Part shown: one piece after another, positions 1 to 8,121 of the stretch | How the letters are laid out: each line of letters starts with the position of its first letter | Position numbering within the stretch: the stretch's first letter is position 1 | Assembly: GCF_000025945.1 (NCBI RefSeq) | Contig: NC_006138.1 | Span: 660,001-692,000 of the forward strand | Source of the DNA: Desulfotalea psychrophila LSv54 | Lineage (GTDB): Bacteria; Desulfobacterota; Desulfobulbia; Desulfobulbales; Desulfocapsaceae | Direction: 5' to 3' | Length of the DNA: 32,000 bases | Made by a program: the position numbers and the translations under genes | Notes under the pieces: model-generated | The model's input: the letters and a program-made list of their open reading frames with translations, nothing else | The model's database searches: none | What the model was told of the DNA's origin: nothing

Positions 1-1
1 A

Positions 2-124
2 AAAGAGGTCAGGGCCAATCGCAGTGAAGCCGAAACACTGGGCAATAATCTGGGCGAGTATATTCTCGAAAACGGCGGTCGTGAGATGTTGGCGGAGATT
101 CGTCGCCAGCAAGCTGGAGAGTAG
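2..124 (+). CDS. hemC: Hydroxymethylbilane synthase (porphobilinogen deaminase), C-terminal end only, truncated by window edge
   Basis: Frame 2 reads KEVRANRSEAETLGNNLGEYILENGGREMLAEIRRQQAGE* ; resembles the E. coli HemC C-terminus pattern ([26 protein letters not shown]), recalled from memory. Only 40 residues are available. Confidence 0.75.
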   Translation, partial: KEVRANRSEAETLGNNLGEYILENGGREMLAEIRRQQAGE

Positions 125-187
125 ACAGAGCCACCTCTACACCTGTGTGGCAGGAGACTGCCGCACAACATTGGGAACGGGATCAGT

Positions 188-893
188 ATGCGTCTTGAAT
201 GTCATAACCTCTATTTTTCTTATCCGGGTACGGATATTACCATCCTGGAAAAGATGAGCTGCGCCTTTTCCCGGCCCGGCTTCCACTCCGTCTTCGGCCC
301 ATCGGGGGTGGGCAAGAGCTCCTTTGCCAAGCTGATTGCCAGGGCCAACAGTCCCACCCAAGAAGACTATCAGGGCAGCATCGTACTTGATGGCATCGAA
401 AAGATTCTCTACTCATACAACCTCGAACGCCTCCCCGGTTGGGAAAGCACTGGCAAGCATCTGGAAAAGATCGTTGCTCCCGCTAAGCACGCCCTCAAAG
501 AGAATCTCATCGACATTTTTGAAATCAGGCCCCTTCCTGGGGTCACGCTTCAACAAACTCTCCATGGGCCAACAGAACAGGGTCAACCTCATCCGCTACC
601 TTCTCCAGGATTTCGACCTTCTTATCCTCGATGAGAGCCTGGCCAACGTTGACGAAAAACTGCGCCAAACAATCATCGTCCATATCAAGGAAATTTTTCC
701 TGAAAAGATGTTTCTCTATATATCTCATAACCTGATGGAGGTCTCCTCTTTCTGCGATGAAATCATGGTCTTTGGGGCCAACAATGAAAAAAAACATTAC
801 CGGGTAATCGAAGGCCAGAACTGCCAGCTGAATAGAGAAGTAGACAAAAGAAAACGAGATGTTACAATGCTAGAAGTAATGAACTCCTTCTAA
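188..893 (+). pseudogene. ABC transporter ATP-binding protein, reading frame interrupted by an apparent +1 frameshift around 520-545 (or sequencing error)
   Basis: ORF 188..634 carries Walker A (FGPSGVGKSSFAK); overlapping ORF 336..893 in another frame carries the signature-like LSMGQQNR, Walker B LLILDES and H-loop-like ISHNLMEVSSF. Together they make one complete ATPase of expected order. Confidence 0.85.
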
Positions 894-923
894 GTATTTC
901 AGAACTATATCTCGGAGAATAAG

Positions 924-1679
924 ATGCTTTTTCGAAGAATATATCAGTTTCTTATCGTCTACCTCACCGGGGTAAGCACCCTGCTGCTCATCAAGCATAG
1001 CCTGCAGCTCTCCAACTACGTCATCCCCAACATTCCACTTATCCTGGAGACCGCCCAGACTAACGCAGGCCCCTATTTCCTCGATGTACTCAATACCCTG
1101 GGCATAGCCGTGCTCGGGCAGATAATCTCCATCGCTCTGGCCTTTAGCGTCGGCATTGCCGGCAGAAGATCTTCCTGGATGGGTTCTTTTATCAAGATGG
1201 CTGCCTACAATATCCAGGCATATCCCATTGTCGCTCTGGCCCCGATCATCTTTATCCTTCTGGGCGACGGCTTTATCCCCCGACTTCTTATCGCCTCCAT
1301 GATCTGCTACTTCCCCCTCCTCCTCTCCGTCCTGGGCATAATGTCCACCCCAATTAAGGATATCGAACACTTCTACCGGGTCACCGGCAGAATGCGCTGG
1401 CAACTTGAGGTAAAGATCCGGGCCTTTGAAAACCTGAATAAACTGACCACCGTCATTTCCGGCAGTGCCACCCTGGCCATGGCAGGGGCCATTGTGGCCG
1501 AATTTATTGCCGCCAATGCCGGCATTGGCTATTCAATCCGTATAGCCCTCTACCAGAGCGATCTGGCCAAGATACTTATTGCCCTCTTTATGATCGGCAT
1601 CGTCATATCCGTCTACCAGGGCTTTTTGGAATCTTGCAGTGAAAAAGCCAAGATACACTGGGGAATAGCGGGAGACTAA
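924..1679 (+). CDS. ABC transporter permease (SsuC/TauC/nitrate-type, BPD_transp_1)
   Basis: 251 aa hydrophobic protein; EFIAANAGIGYSIRIALYQSDLAKILIALFMIGIVISVYQGFLE is typical of the nitrate/taurine permease family; 31 nt downstream of the ATPase gene. Confidence 0.85.
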   Translation: MLFRRIYQFLIVYLTGVSTLLLIKHSLQLSNYVIPNIPLILETAQTNAGPYFLDVLNTLGIAVLGQIISIALAFSVGIAGRRSSWMGSFIKMAAYNIQAYPIVALAPIIFILLGDGFIPRLLIASMICYFPLLLSVLGIMSTPIKDIEHFYRVTGRMRWQLEVKIRAFENLNKLTTVISGSATLAMAGAIVAEFIAANAGIGYSIRIALYQSDLAKILIALFMIGIVISVYQGFLESCSEKAKIHWGIAGD

Positions 1680-1716
1680 GTCTGAGTAGCATACCCTCAA
1701 CCTTAAAGGAATCTGC

Positions 1717-2688
1717 ATGAAAACAATATTCGCCCTCATCCTCGGTTGCTGCCTCCTCACCTTCTCCACCAGCAGCGCCTGCGCCCAGGAGGAGACCCTG
1801 CACTACCGACTCAAATGGCTCTTTAACTCAAGTGTTGCCGGCGATATCTACGCAGAGAGCGGGGGATATTTTGCCAAGGAGGGACTAAAGGTCAAGGTCA
1901 AGGAGGGAAGTCCAGAGAAAAACGCCATCAAGGAGTTAGAACTGGGACAGGCAGATTTTGGGGTGGCCTCAGCCGATCAGGTTATCAGGGCTCTGGAAAA
2001 GGGAGCCAAGGTGGTGGTCCTTGCCCAGATATTTCAGATAAACCCCATGCAGTGGATCTACCGGGTCGAGCAGGCACCGATAGAGAAGGCCACAGATCTG
2101 AAGGGACGGAGCATTGGCTACACCTATGGTGGTAATGACGAGACGATCATGAAGACCCTCCTGGCCCGGGCCGGCATCAGCCAGGTGAAAATCACCGGGG
2201 CCCGTTTTGACTTCACCCCATTTCTCACCGGCAAGGTCGATCTCTGGCCCGTATACCGCAACTCCCAGGGCGTTATCCTTAAGGAGAAGCTGGGAAAAGA
2301 GGGGGAGAAGGTACTCTTCTTCAACCCGGCAGACTTCGGGGTCAACTTTGTGGCCAACTCGGTGGTCACCTCGGAAAAAATGGTCAAAGAACATCCAGAA
2401 ACCGTAAGGAAATTTCGCCGGGCCCTGCTCAAGGGCTGGAAAGCGGCCATGAACCCGGAAAATGAGGTGAAGGTCCTTGAGGCCATTGCCCTCAGAGACA
2501 GGGACAACAGTAGGGAGATCCGCAGGCGTCAACTTCAGGCAACCAGACTTTTGGTCGTCCCTAAGAACCTTGAAGAGATGGGACAGATAAACCGTAAGGC
2601 CTGGCAACAGACCGAGGAGATCATGCTTGAGGAGAAACAGATCAAAAGAGCTGTGCATGTGGAGAGGGTCCTGTGGGAGGAAAAGTAA
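1717..2688 (+). CDS. ABC transporter substrate-binding protein, NMT1/THI5-like
   Basis: Signal peptide MKTIFALILGCCLLTFSTSSACAQE; YAESGGYFAKEGLKVKVKEGSPEKNAIKELELGQADFGVASADQVIRALEKG pattern; clustered with permease and ATPase. Confidence 0.85.
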   Translation: MKTIFALILGCCLLTFSTSSACAQEETLHYRLKWLFNSSVAGDIYAESGGYFAKEGLKVKVKEGSPEKNAIKELELGQADFGVASADQVIRALEKGAKVVVLAQIFQINPMQWIYRVEQAPIEKATDLKGRSIGYTYGGNDETIMKTLLARAGISQVKITGARFDFTPFLTGKVDLWPVYRNSQGVILKEKLGKEGEKVLFFNPADFGVNFVANSVVTSEKMVKEHPETVRKFRRALLKGWKAAMNPENEVKVLEAIALRDRDNSREIRRRQLQATRLLVVPKNLEEMGQINRKAWQQTEEIMLEEKQIKRAVHVERVLWEEK

Positions 2689-2710
2689 GATACGAAAAAA
2701 ACGTTAACCA

Positions 2711-2731
2711 CAGAGACCACAGAGGACACAG
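2711..2731 (+). repeat. Dispersed ACCACAGAG..GACACAGAG-type motif, copy 1
   Basis: acgttaaccacagagaccacagaggacacagagatttttttggtaaagagcaaa; related sequence at about 2800-2830, 2877-2901 (inverted), 5688-5740 and 18905-18935. Confidence 0.6.
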
Positions 2732-3063
2732 AGATTTTTTTGGTAAAGAGCAAAGTGCAAAAGACTAGATGCTAGATGCGAGAAAAAGCGTTAACCACTG
2801 CTACCGAGAGCACAGAGTTTTTGTATGAAATAAAATGAGTTGCTCAGCAACGTTGAGCGGTTTAAATATTCTCCCCTCTGTGTCCTGCAAGCAGTGGTTA
2901 ATTTTCAAAGCCCCTCAATAAATTTGCCCTGCTCCAGAGGACAGAAATTACTCTCCTGCTGCTCCGCCATTAGCCCTTGCCATGGGGCAGGGCCGGTGCT
3001 ATTATCGCCTAGTTAGCTAAAAAGATCCGAGAGGATTAAAGATTTTTCTTTAGGTGAGAAGAT

Positions 3064-3411
3064 ATGTTGTCCCTGTTTTTTAAATGCTCCATTGGTGCAT
3101 TTGCCGTTTTAACGATCGCCCTGCTCTCCAGATCAAAGAGCTTTTTTATCGCCGGCCTCGTCCCCCTCTTTCCCACCTTCGCCCTTATTGCCCACTATAT
3201 TGTCGGCTCCGAACGCAGCCCCATGGAACTGAGAACAACGGCCCTCTTTGGTCTCTACTCGATAATGCCCTATGCCGCCTATCTCTTTGCCGTCTACTAC
3301 TTCAGCATCAGATTTAATTTGGTTACCAACCTGCTTCTCTCCACGGCTATTTGGATCATCTTTGCCGCTGTTCTGTTGGTCACTTGGGTTAAGTTGCATC
3401 CGGCGGTTTAG
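3064..3411 (+). CDS. glpM: GlpM family inner membrane protein
   Basis: 115 aa; FIAGLVPLFPTFALIAHYIVGSER..LRTTALFGLYSIMPYAAYLFAVYYF closely matches recalled E. coli GlpM (YYIAGLIPLFPTFALIAHYIVASERG). Preceded by aggtgagaagat. Confidence 0.9.
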   Translation: MLSLFFKCSIGAFAVLTIALLSRSKSFFIAGLVPLFPTFALIAHYIVGSERSPMELRTTALFGLYSIMPYAAYLFAVYYFSIRFNLVTNLLLSTAIWIIFAAVLLVTWVKLHPAV

Positions 3412-3441
3412 AACAAAAATAAGATACTAGCAGTGAAGCGA

Positions 3442-3752
3442 AGCGGAATGGCGGATGCGAGATGTTAGATGCTAGATGCGAGAAAAAGCCGTGAGATGGC
3501 CAGACGGGTTAGTTTTTTCCACATACTACACTATCAAGACTGCAAAAGAGGAAATTAGATGGGGAAATCATCTAGAACAGGTTCACTTCACATCTGTTGC
3601 CCTGCCCTATTTTAACACGTCCCTGCCCCTGCTTCAGCATCAATATGCACACCCACGCCACCTCCTCACCAACCGACACACACCCCTGCCTCCACCCCCT
3701 CACCAAGGTGGAGAGGCGTTCTGCCGCATTAATCTAGCACATTGCTACAGTC
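3442..3752 (+). repeat. Dispersed intergenic repeat, copy A (near-identical block 3472-3563 plus shared end 3709-3743)
   Basis: tagatgcgagaaaaagccgtgagatggccagacgggttagttttttccacatacta.actatcaagactg.aaaagaggaaattagatggg and ggagaggcgttctgccgcattaatctagcacatt both recur in copy B at 5814-6068. Confidence 0.85.
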
Positions 3753-3858
3753 AAAACGCTGATCTTGTTTTGACGTGGGAATAGTGATAGCCTCTAACTG
3801 TTTCAATGAATTGAAGAAATCACCCACCTATTAACAGTGTTAAGAGAGAAACAGGACA

Positions 3859-4779
3859 ATGAAACTATCAGCAGAGGCCCGTAAAAGAGCAATTACGTTT
3901 ATCAACAGAGAAGGGCGCCCTTTGGAGAGGGCGATTTGCGAGCACCTCTTTGCCGGTGGAGCCAGGGATCGAGTTCTGCAGGAGCTGGTCAAATTCCAGA
4001 ACCCGGACGGTGGTTTTGGCAATGGACTGGAACCGGATCTGAGATCAGCCGAAAGCTCTGTACTCTGCACCTCTGTTGCTTTGGAAATCCTTGCTGACCT
4101 GAATATCGGCTGTGATGAACCAATGCTTAAAGGGGCAATCTCATTCCTGATGAACACCTACGACGAGGAGAGGCATGTCTGGAGAATCATCCCCCAAACT
4201 GCCGAGTCAAGCCCCCACGCCCCTTGGTGGAACAGAACCGGACTTGAGAAGACCTTTGGAAACTTCCTCACAAACCCAAGGGCAAGGATCTGCGGATATC
4301 TCTTTCATTATCGGCAGTTGACCCCGGAAAAATTTCGCACTGAGCTACTTGCCCGTGTCCTTGAGCATATGGAAGGTGAAGAGGACAAAATTCCCGGTGA
4401 TTCACTCCTCTGCTATATCTCTCTTTCCCAGTGCGACAATCTGCCAACGGACTCCTCCGCCCGCCTAAACCAGAAAATCATGCAGATGATCCCCGCTTCC
4501 GTTGAAACAGACAGCACCAAGTGGGAAGATTACTGTCTAAAACCGATCTGGACAATAACATCACCACATTCACCCTACCACCACCTCATTGCTGAAGCCA
4601 TCGACAGGAACCTGGACTATGAGATCCAACATCAGGAGAAAGACGGCTCATGGAAACCATTCTGGAATTGGGCCGGGGCCTACCCAGAGGATTGGCTGAT
4701 AGCCGAAAGGGAGTGGCGCGGAAAAATCACCTTGGACATGCTCAGAGTAATTGCCGCCTTCGGCAGAATCGAAAAATAG
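3859..4779 (+). CDS. Hypothetical protein with prenyltransferase/squalene-cyclase-like (alpha/alpha toroid) repeats
   Basis: 306 aa; LQELVKFQNPDGGFGNGLEPDLRSAESSVLCTSVALEIL and QEKDGSWKPFWNW resemble QxxxGG(F/W)-type toroid repeats. Fold assignment is tentative. Confidence 0.65.
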   Translation: MKLSAEARKRAITFINREGRPLERAICEHLFAGGARDRVLQELVKFQNPDGGFGNGLEPDLRSAESSVLCTSVALEILADLNIGCDEPMLKGAISFLMNTYDEERHVWRIIPQTAESSPHAPWWNRTGLEKTFGNFLTNPRARICGYLFHYRQLTPEKFRTELLARVLEHMEGEEDKIPGDSLLCYISLSQCDNLPTDSSARLNQKIMQMIPASVETDSTKWEDYCLKPIWTITSPHSPYHHLIAEAIDRNLDYEIQHQEKDGSWKPFWNWAGAYPEDWLIAEREWRGKITLDMLRVIAAFGRIEK

Positions 4780-5057
4780 CAGCACAAACACAGTCCGCTC
4801 TTCCCGCTAATTACGTAGCCGCAATTTTTTTTTGTGCAGAATCAATGTATTACTAATTCTCTACCTGTGATTGGATTTCAGGAACTTTTTCCAAAGACAA
4901 CGCTACACTGATGACTTGTATTTTTCTCAACAATACCAACCGAACTCCGTTGCAAGTCTTCGCCGATGGGAATGTTACACTTATTGCTTGAACTCGGCGC
5001 CACGTGGGTTCAGTGGCGACTACGTCAACCATGTTCAAAAAAAGCAGAGAGGATCAT

Positions 5058-5483
5058 ATGAAAAGAATGCTCATGTTATTTGTATTACTACCCGTCTGTA
5101 GCTGTACGGCAATAAATGTCAAACCGCTTGCCATTAATGCAAATGACAATATCGCCTGTATAAAAGAAAACCCAAAAGTCAAAGTGCCTCGTTTCCTTGA
5201 TATTGTTGTTAATGGTTTCGAAGAACACGACTTCACAACCCGGGTATACCAAAACACTCCCAATAATAGTTGCGATCTCCTTGTCACGTATACAGCTACA
5301 CGCAATTGGGATGTTTCACCATATATGACCGATGCAGAAATTTGGGTGAAAGATCGCTCCGGAAAACGCGTTGGTTACGGTCAATACCATTTAAAAGGAG
5401 GCGGTGGATTAGCCTTAAATAAATGGGCCAGTACAGAAAGCAAAATGGAACAAGTATTTACAGAACTGTTTGCAAAACACTGA
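5058..5483 (+). CDS. Small lipoprotein, resembles Sbal_3080 family
   Basis: ORF track gives 5004..5483; internal Met preceded by agagaggatcat gives MKRMLMLFVLLPVCSCTAINVKP, a lipobox-like (LPVCSC) signal. Start choice is inference. Confidence 0.65.
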   Translation: MKRMLMLFVLLPVCSCTAINVKPLAINANDNIACIKENPKVKVPRFLDIVVNGFEEHDFTTRVYQNTPNNSCDLLVTYTATRNWDVSPYMTDAEIWVKDRSGKRVGYGQYHLKGGGGLALNKWASTESKMEQVFTELFAKH

Positions 5484-5813
5484 TTAATGGTAAAGCTCTA
5501 CCCAACATGGTCATCCGAATGGGAAATGATTTTGCCCTAAATTAAAAAACAAAAACAAATTGTGGTGGGTCACGCAGGCTTGCGTCGCCGCCGGTTACCA
5601 AAATGGGCCACCACTGCCCCTCCCCTCACATTTGCCCCTTCTGACAGATAAGGGCTTACAGGCTCATTATCAGGTCAAAAATCAACCACTGCCACCGAGG
5701 ACACGGAGTTTTTTTGGTAAAGAACAAAGGGCGAGATGCCAGCAGTGGAGCAGCAGCGAGTAGCAGTGAGTGACAACGAGTGGCGTCAGCAGCGTAGCGG
5801 CGAACGAGTGGCG

Positions 5814-6068
5814 AGCGGAATGGCGGATGCTAGATGCGAGAAAAAGCCGTGAGATGGCCAGACGGGTTAGTTTTTTCCACATACTATACTATCAAGACTG
5901 TAAAAGAGGAAATTAGATGGGAAAATCACCTTAAACAGACACCCCACTCACCCTGCTTGTCACCAAACACCCCGCTAACCGATTGCACCCTCACTAACCA
6001 ATTGCACTCTCCCCCTCGCCAAGGGGGAGAGGCGTTCTGCCGCATTAATCTAGCACATTAAGACAGTC
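5814..6068 (+). repeat. Dispersed intergenic repeat, copy B (pair of 3442-3752)
   Basis: Near-identical block 5830-5921 and identical end ggagaggcgttctgccgcattaatctagcacatt; interior diverged by indels; contains ctccccct/aaggggg inverted repeat. Confidence 0.85.
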
Positions 6069-6408
6069 GCAATTCACTCCTTGCCATGGAGCATCCATGG
6101 TAGTATTATCTAAATGTTTCAAATAGTTATATTATTTTTACGGAGTTAGGGCCATATGACCTTTTTCTATTAATGCCGTTAGGCAATAATTTATAGCAAC
6201 GAATTTCCACCCTTAAGATAGGTCAAAAAATAATTATTGAGCTTTTAACATTTGACTGCGACAGTCTAATTAACTGTCTTTATTAAATTCAAAATACAAC
6301 TCCGACATCTTGATTCTCAATCATCTTATTTTTTGAGAGAATAGTTGCACATATCTGGCACCACATCTTGCATGTTTAAAATTTTGAAAAAAAGAAGGCA
6401 TATAAATT

Positions 6409-7647
6409 ATGACAGATACGAATCACGGTGCTAGAGGCCCTGCGTTGGGATATTATTACCAAGCAATTTATGCCTTAATTAAATTGTTTTCTTCAAAAAA
6501 TGACAATGCATTTGTAAGCATTGAAACATTTGATGATGTGTATCATGATGATGGCGGCAAAAAAGAATTAATACAATTAAAACATTCTATAACTAAAAAT
6601 ACAAAAATTAGCATTAAAAGCAAGGAACTATGGAAAACGATAAAAGTTTGGTGTGATTTCCTTCTAACAAATGACCCAAAAGATGGGACTTTCACCCTAG
6701 CAACAGTGGCTTCATTGGATCCAGAGAGTTCTTTAAATTCTTTAACCACCGCCAATTCATCTCGACTTCAACTTGAAAATGATTTGTTATCAGAAGCCAG
6801 CAGAGTCAAAAAAGAAAGAGATGAAATAGAAGAAGAAAATAAAATAAGGTTATCCCAAAAACAAAAAGAAAAAACACTGCCTCACGAAAACCGCTATAAA
6901 GGATGTGAGGCTTTTATTAAATTAGCCCCAAAGAAAAGAAATGACCTAATAACAAATATCAATTTAGTTGTAGATTCTTTTACAATAGACAATGCAAAAG
7001 AAAAAGTTATTGAATATATTCGTTTCAACACCCAGCCCAACAACCATGAATCTCTTATTGAAAGTATAATAGCTTGGTGGGACAGAGAAGCAGTAAGATC
7101 TTTAACTCGGGAAAGGGATGAATGCATCCACTTTAGTGAATTGCAAGAATTTATAGCAAGAAAAAACTCTGAATTATACCATGATGGTTTTACGGATGAT
7201 CTAGATGAAATGGATATACCTGAAGTGAAAAACCCAAATAAAATACAATCACAACAACTAGAAATTATAAAAGCCACTAAAACTCAGAAAAGAAGATCCT
7301 ACGACACAGAAATCAAAGCTAGAATTCAAAGAAAGAAGTGGATGGATGACAATTTACCGGCATCTTCAAAACTAACTAATTACGACAATTTGCTAACAAA
7401 AGAATGGTCTTATCAATTTGAAGAAATGAATGACAATGCTACAAACTACGACGAAAAAGAAAAGGAAGAAAAAGGAAGAAAACTATTAGATTGGTCTCAC
7501 CAAGTAGCACATGTTCAAGTAAAGCCAATCTCAAAAAATTATTCGAATCCAGATTTAGTTCGTGGCAGTTATCAAATGTTGTCTACCACCAAGAAAGTTG
7601 GATGGCACTGTGACTATAATTTTCTAATCAAATCACCAAAAAAATAA
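6409..7647 (+). CDS. ABC-3C-like system effector/nuclease component: N-terminal REase-like (Cap4/DUF4297-like) domain with C-terminal system-specific domain
   Basis: 412 aa; N-terminus RGPALGYYYQAIYALIKLF..FVSIETFDDVYHDDGGKKELIQLKHS has E..D and ELIQLK (QxK) elements typical of PD-(D/E)XK-like domains; first gene of a three-gene operon with middle component and DUF3732-like ATPase. Confidence 0.75.
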   Translation: MTDTNHGARGPALGYYYQAIYALIKLFSSKNDNAFVSIETFDDVYHDDGGKKELIQLKHSITKNTKISIKSKELWKTIKVWCDFLLTNDPKDGTFTLATVASLDPESSLNSLTTANSSRLQLENDLLSEASRVKKERDEIEEENKIRLSQKQKEKTLPHENRYKGCEAFIKLAPKKRNDLITNINLVVDSFTIDNAKEKVIEYIRFNTQPNNHESLIESIIAWWDREAVRSLTRERDECIHFSELQEFIARKNSELYHDGFTDDLDEMDIPEVKNPNKIQSQQLEIIKATKTQKRRSYDTEIKARIQRKKWMDDNLPASSKLTNYDNLLTKEWSYQFEEMNDNATNYDEKEKEEKGRKLLDWSHQVAHVQVKPISKNYSNPDLVRGSYQMLSTTKKVGWHCDYNFLIKSPKK

Positions 7648-7649
7648 AT

Positions 7650-8111
7650 ATGACTATAAACATTGATATATTAGCTGAAACCAATCCCGCTTTTAGCTCA
7701 TTGGTGATATTAAGCTTCATCAAAGGATATTGCGAAGAAGCTGATGAATCAGCGCCATATCCAATTTTATTATTACCACTTCCAATAATTCTTTCTGGTG
7801 ATTTAAATCACACTTTTAACAACACTAGCAAGAGAACAGGATTTTACAGATGGTTATCAAATAATCCAACTGTAAAGTTTAACCTTACTAAACGAATTGA
7901 AGGGTCGCTAGAATTCATTACACCTGCTATAGAATATGGCTTTTTTAAAGGTATCTTTATTTTATCCGATACTGGCAACATCTTACCAAATCTAGAAAAC
8001 ATCGGTAATTACTCTAAAGAAAACGGCATTGCTATTTACTTTAAAAATGCCGAACGACTGGGAGGATGGCTTGGCGCAATCAAATCCGAAAGGACAATTT
8101 ACAATCATTAG
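7650..8111 (+). CDS. ABC-three-component (ABC-3C) system middle component
   Basis: 153 aa; ETNPAFSSLVILSFIKGYCEEAD..PYPILLLPLPIILSGDLNHTFNNTSKRTGFYRWLSNNP pattern recalled from proteins annotated 'three component ABC system middle component'; starts 2 nt after the upstream stop. Confidence 0.75.
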   Translation: MTINIDILAETNPAFSSLVILSFIKGYCEEADESAPYPILLLPLPIILSGDLNHTFNNTSKRTGFYRWLSNNPTVKFNLTKRIEGSLEFITPAIEYGFFKGIFILSDTGNILPNLENIGNYSKENGIAIYFKNAERLGGWLGAIKSERTIYNH

Positions 8112-8121
8112 GAATAAAATT

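Noticed and set aside
336-634. Frame overlap interpreted as two separate overlapping genes
   Set aside because: Each half lacks essential ABC ATPase motifs supplied by the other, so a single frameshifted gene is the simpler reading.
1969-2658. 229-aa minus-strand ORF opposite the substrate-binding protein
   Set aside because: Shadow ORF; plus-strand protein has a signal peptide and family motifs. Other antisense ORFs (870..1403, 543..797, 3840..4157, 15019..15612, 16326..16808, 21374..21745, 21995..22636, 23305..23787, 30932..31819) are rejected on the same grounds.
3476-3784. ORF of 102 aa (MREKAVRWPDGL...), with matching ORF at 5834..6061
   Set aside because: Lies wholly in the dispersed repeat; the two translations agree only where the DNA is near-identical and the middle changes by indels with low-complexity Pro/His-rich sequence. 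Reported as a repeat instead.
6078-6094. ccatggagcatccatgg palindrome upstream of the conflict operon
   Set aside because: A short 6-bp stem with no repeats or motif context; not enough to call an operator or recombination site.
6155-6185. 'gccgttaggc' as an integron attC R' box near a possible cassette
   Set aside because: No matching inverse core/paired R'' box and no cassette array or integrase nearby; a chance match.
8029-8121. N-terminal extension of the ATPase ORF (MLFTLKMPNDWEDGLAQSNPKG...)
   Set aside because: Overlaps the end of the middle-component gene in another frame; the Met at 8122 has a plausible RBS and starts right before the conserved ATPase N-terminus.
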